Source: Spirochaetes bacterium GWB1_60_80 (GTDB lineage Bacteria; Spirochaetota; Spirochaetia; Treponematales; UBA12059). From it: 64,000 bases of DNA. Where the stretch lies: the NCBI GenBank assembly GCA_001829185.1, contig MIAR01000045.1:33440-97439 (forward strand). The letters are read 5' to 3'. The position numbers were made by a program, and so were the translations under genes. Below the pieces are notes generated by a model. That model was given only the letters and a program-made list of their open reading frames with translations. It had not been told where the DNA came from and searched no databases. Numbering within the stretch: position 1 is the stretch's first letter; every line of letters starts with the position of its first letter. Positions 63,946 through 64,000 of the stretch are shown here, in pieces.

Positions 63946-64000
63946 CTCAATCTTTCCCGTCCACCACTAATTCCCTACCATCTCACTCCCAAGATTGGGA

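Larger units (their letters stand above)
58291..64000 (-). mobile_element. integron-like gene-cassette array (CALIN or distal end of a chromosomal integron); no integrase in window
   Basis: AT-rich minus-strand ORF blocks alternate with a family of 107-118-bp imperfect palindromes. The palindromes carry RYYYAAC...GTTRRRY-type ends placed directly after each ORF block. See the individual attC-like features. Confidence 0.5.

Noticed and set aside
1-64000. Search for tRNA, rRNA, tmRNA, integrase or transposase genes that could explain island insertion
   Set aside because: I recognised no cloverleaf-like T-arm (GGTTCGANTCC) context, no rRNA-like segment and no recombinase or transposase motif in any listed ORF. 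The absence is limited to what can be seen by eye.

Overview
This is a 64-kb window of a high-GC bacterial chromosome (about 65% GC by eye on the left side). No rRNA, tRNA, CRISPR array, transposase or integrase was recognised.

**1-38.4 kb, ordinary core genes.**
- An envelope operon runs off the left edge.
- Metabolism and translation: a DHOD-like flavoprotein, purQ and purL, an EF-G paralog, 6-phosphogluconolactonase, PPi-dependent phosphofructokinase and RimO.
- Signalling and regulation: a GGDEF cyclase, a WYL regulator, a chemoreceptor and an HD-GYP protein.
- Envelope and other: a LysM-M23 peptidase, a FecR/beta-propeller lipoprotein, a TPR protein, a LolA-like protein and a RodZ-like protein.
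- A UvrD-like helicase carries an in-frame deletion that removes its P-loop lysine.
- The gene content is compatible with a spirochete-like lineage, but that cannot be proven by eye.

**36.5-39.0 kb, gene decay.** A GAF-GAF histidine kinase is broken by two homopolymer frameshifts, and an Fe-alcohol-dehydrogenase survives only as a remnant.

**39.2-42.75 kb, accessory genes.** A secreted DNase-I-like (EEP) nuclease sits behind a near-consensus promoter. It is followed by a BtrH_N-like lipoprotein plus MerR operon.

**42.8-58.3 kb, a minus-strand defence island of lower GC.**
- A GNAT-HIT fusion protein.
- McrBC.
- A RhuM-Fic/Doc protein plus a RhuM remnant.
- A type I R-M system (hsdR, hsdS, hsdM) interleaved with an AlbA_2/RecG-like gene, a DUF1016 nuclease and a 54-codon coupled ORF that is not in the ORF track.

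**58.3-64.0 kb, the most interesting part.** Very AT-rich minus-strand coding blocks (about 30% GC by eye) alternate with conserved 107-118-bp imperfect palindromes. These end in RYYYAAC...GTTRRRY-type boxes, the architecture of integron attC sites. I interpret this as the distal end of a chromosomal integron or CALIN cassette array, with intI expected beyond the right edge. Its cassettes carry a Lamassu-like nuclease plus ABC/SMC-ATPase pair and two uncharacterised PD-(D/E)xK proteins.
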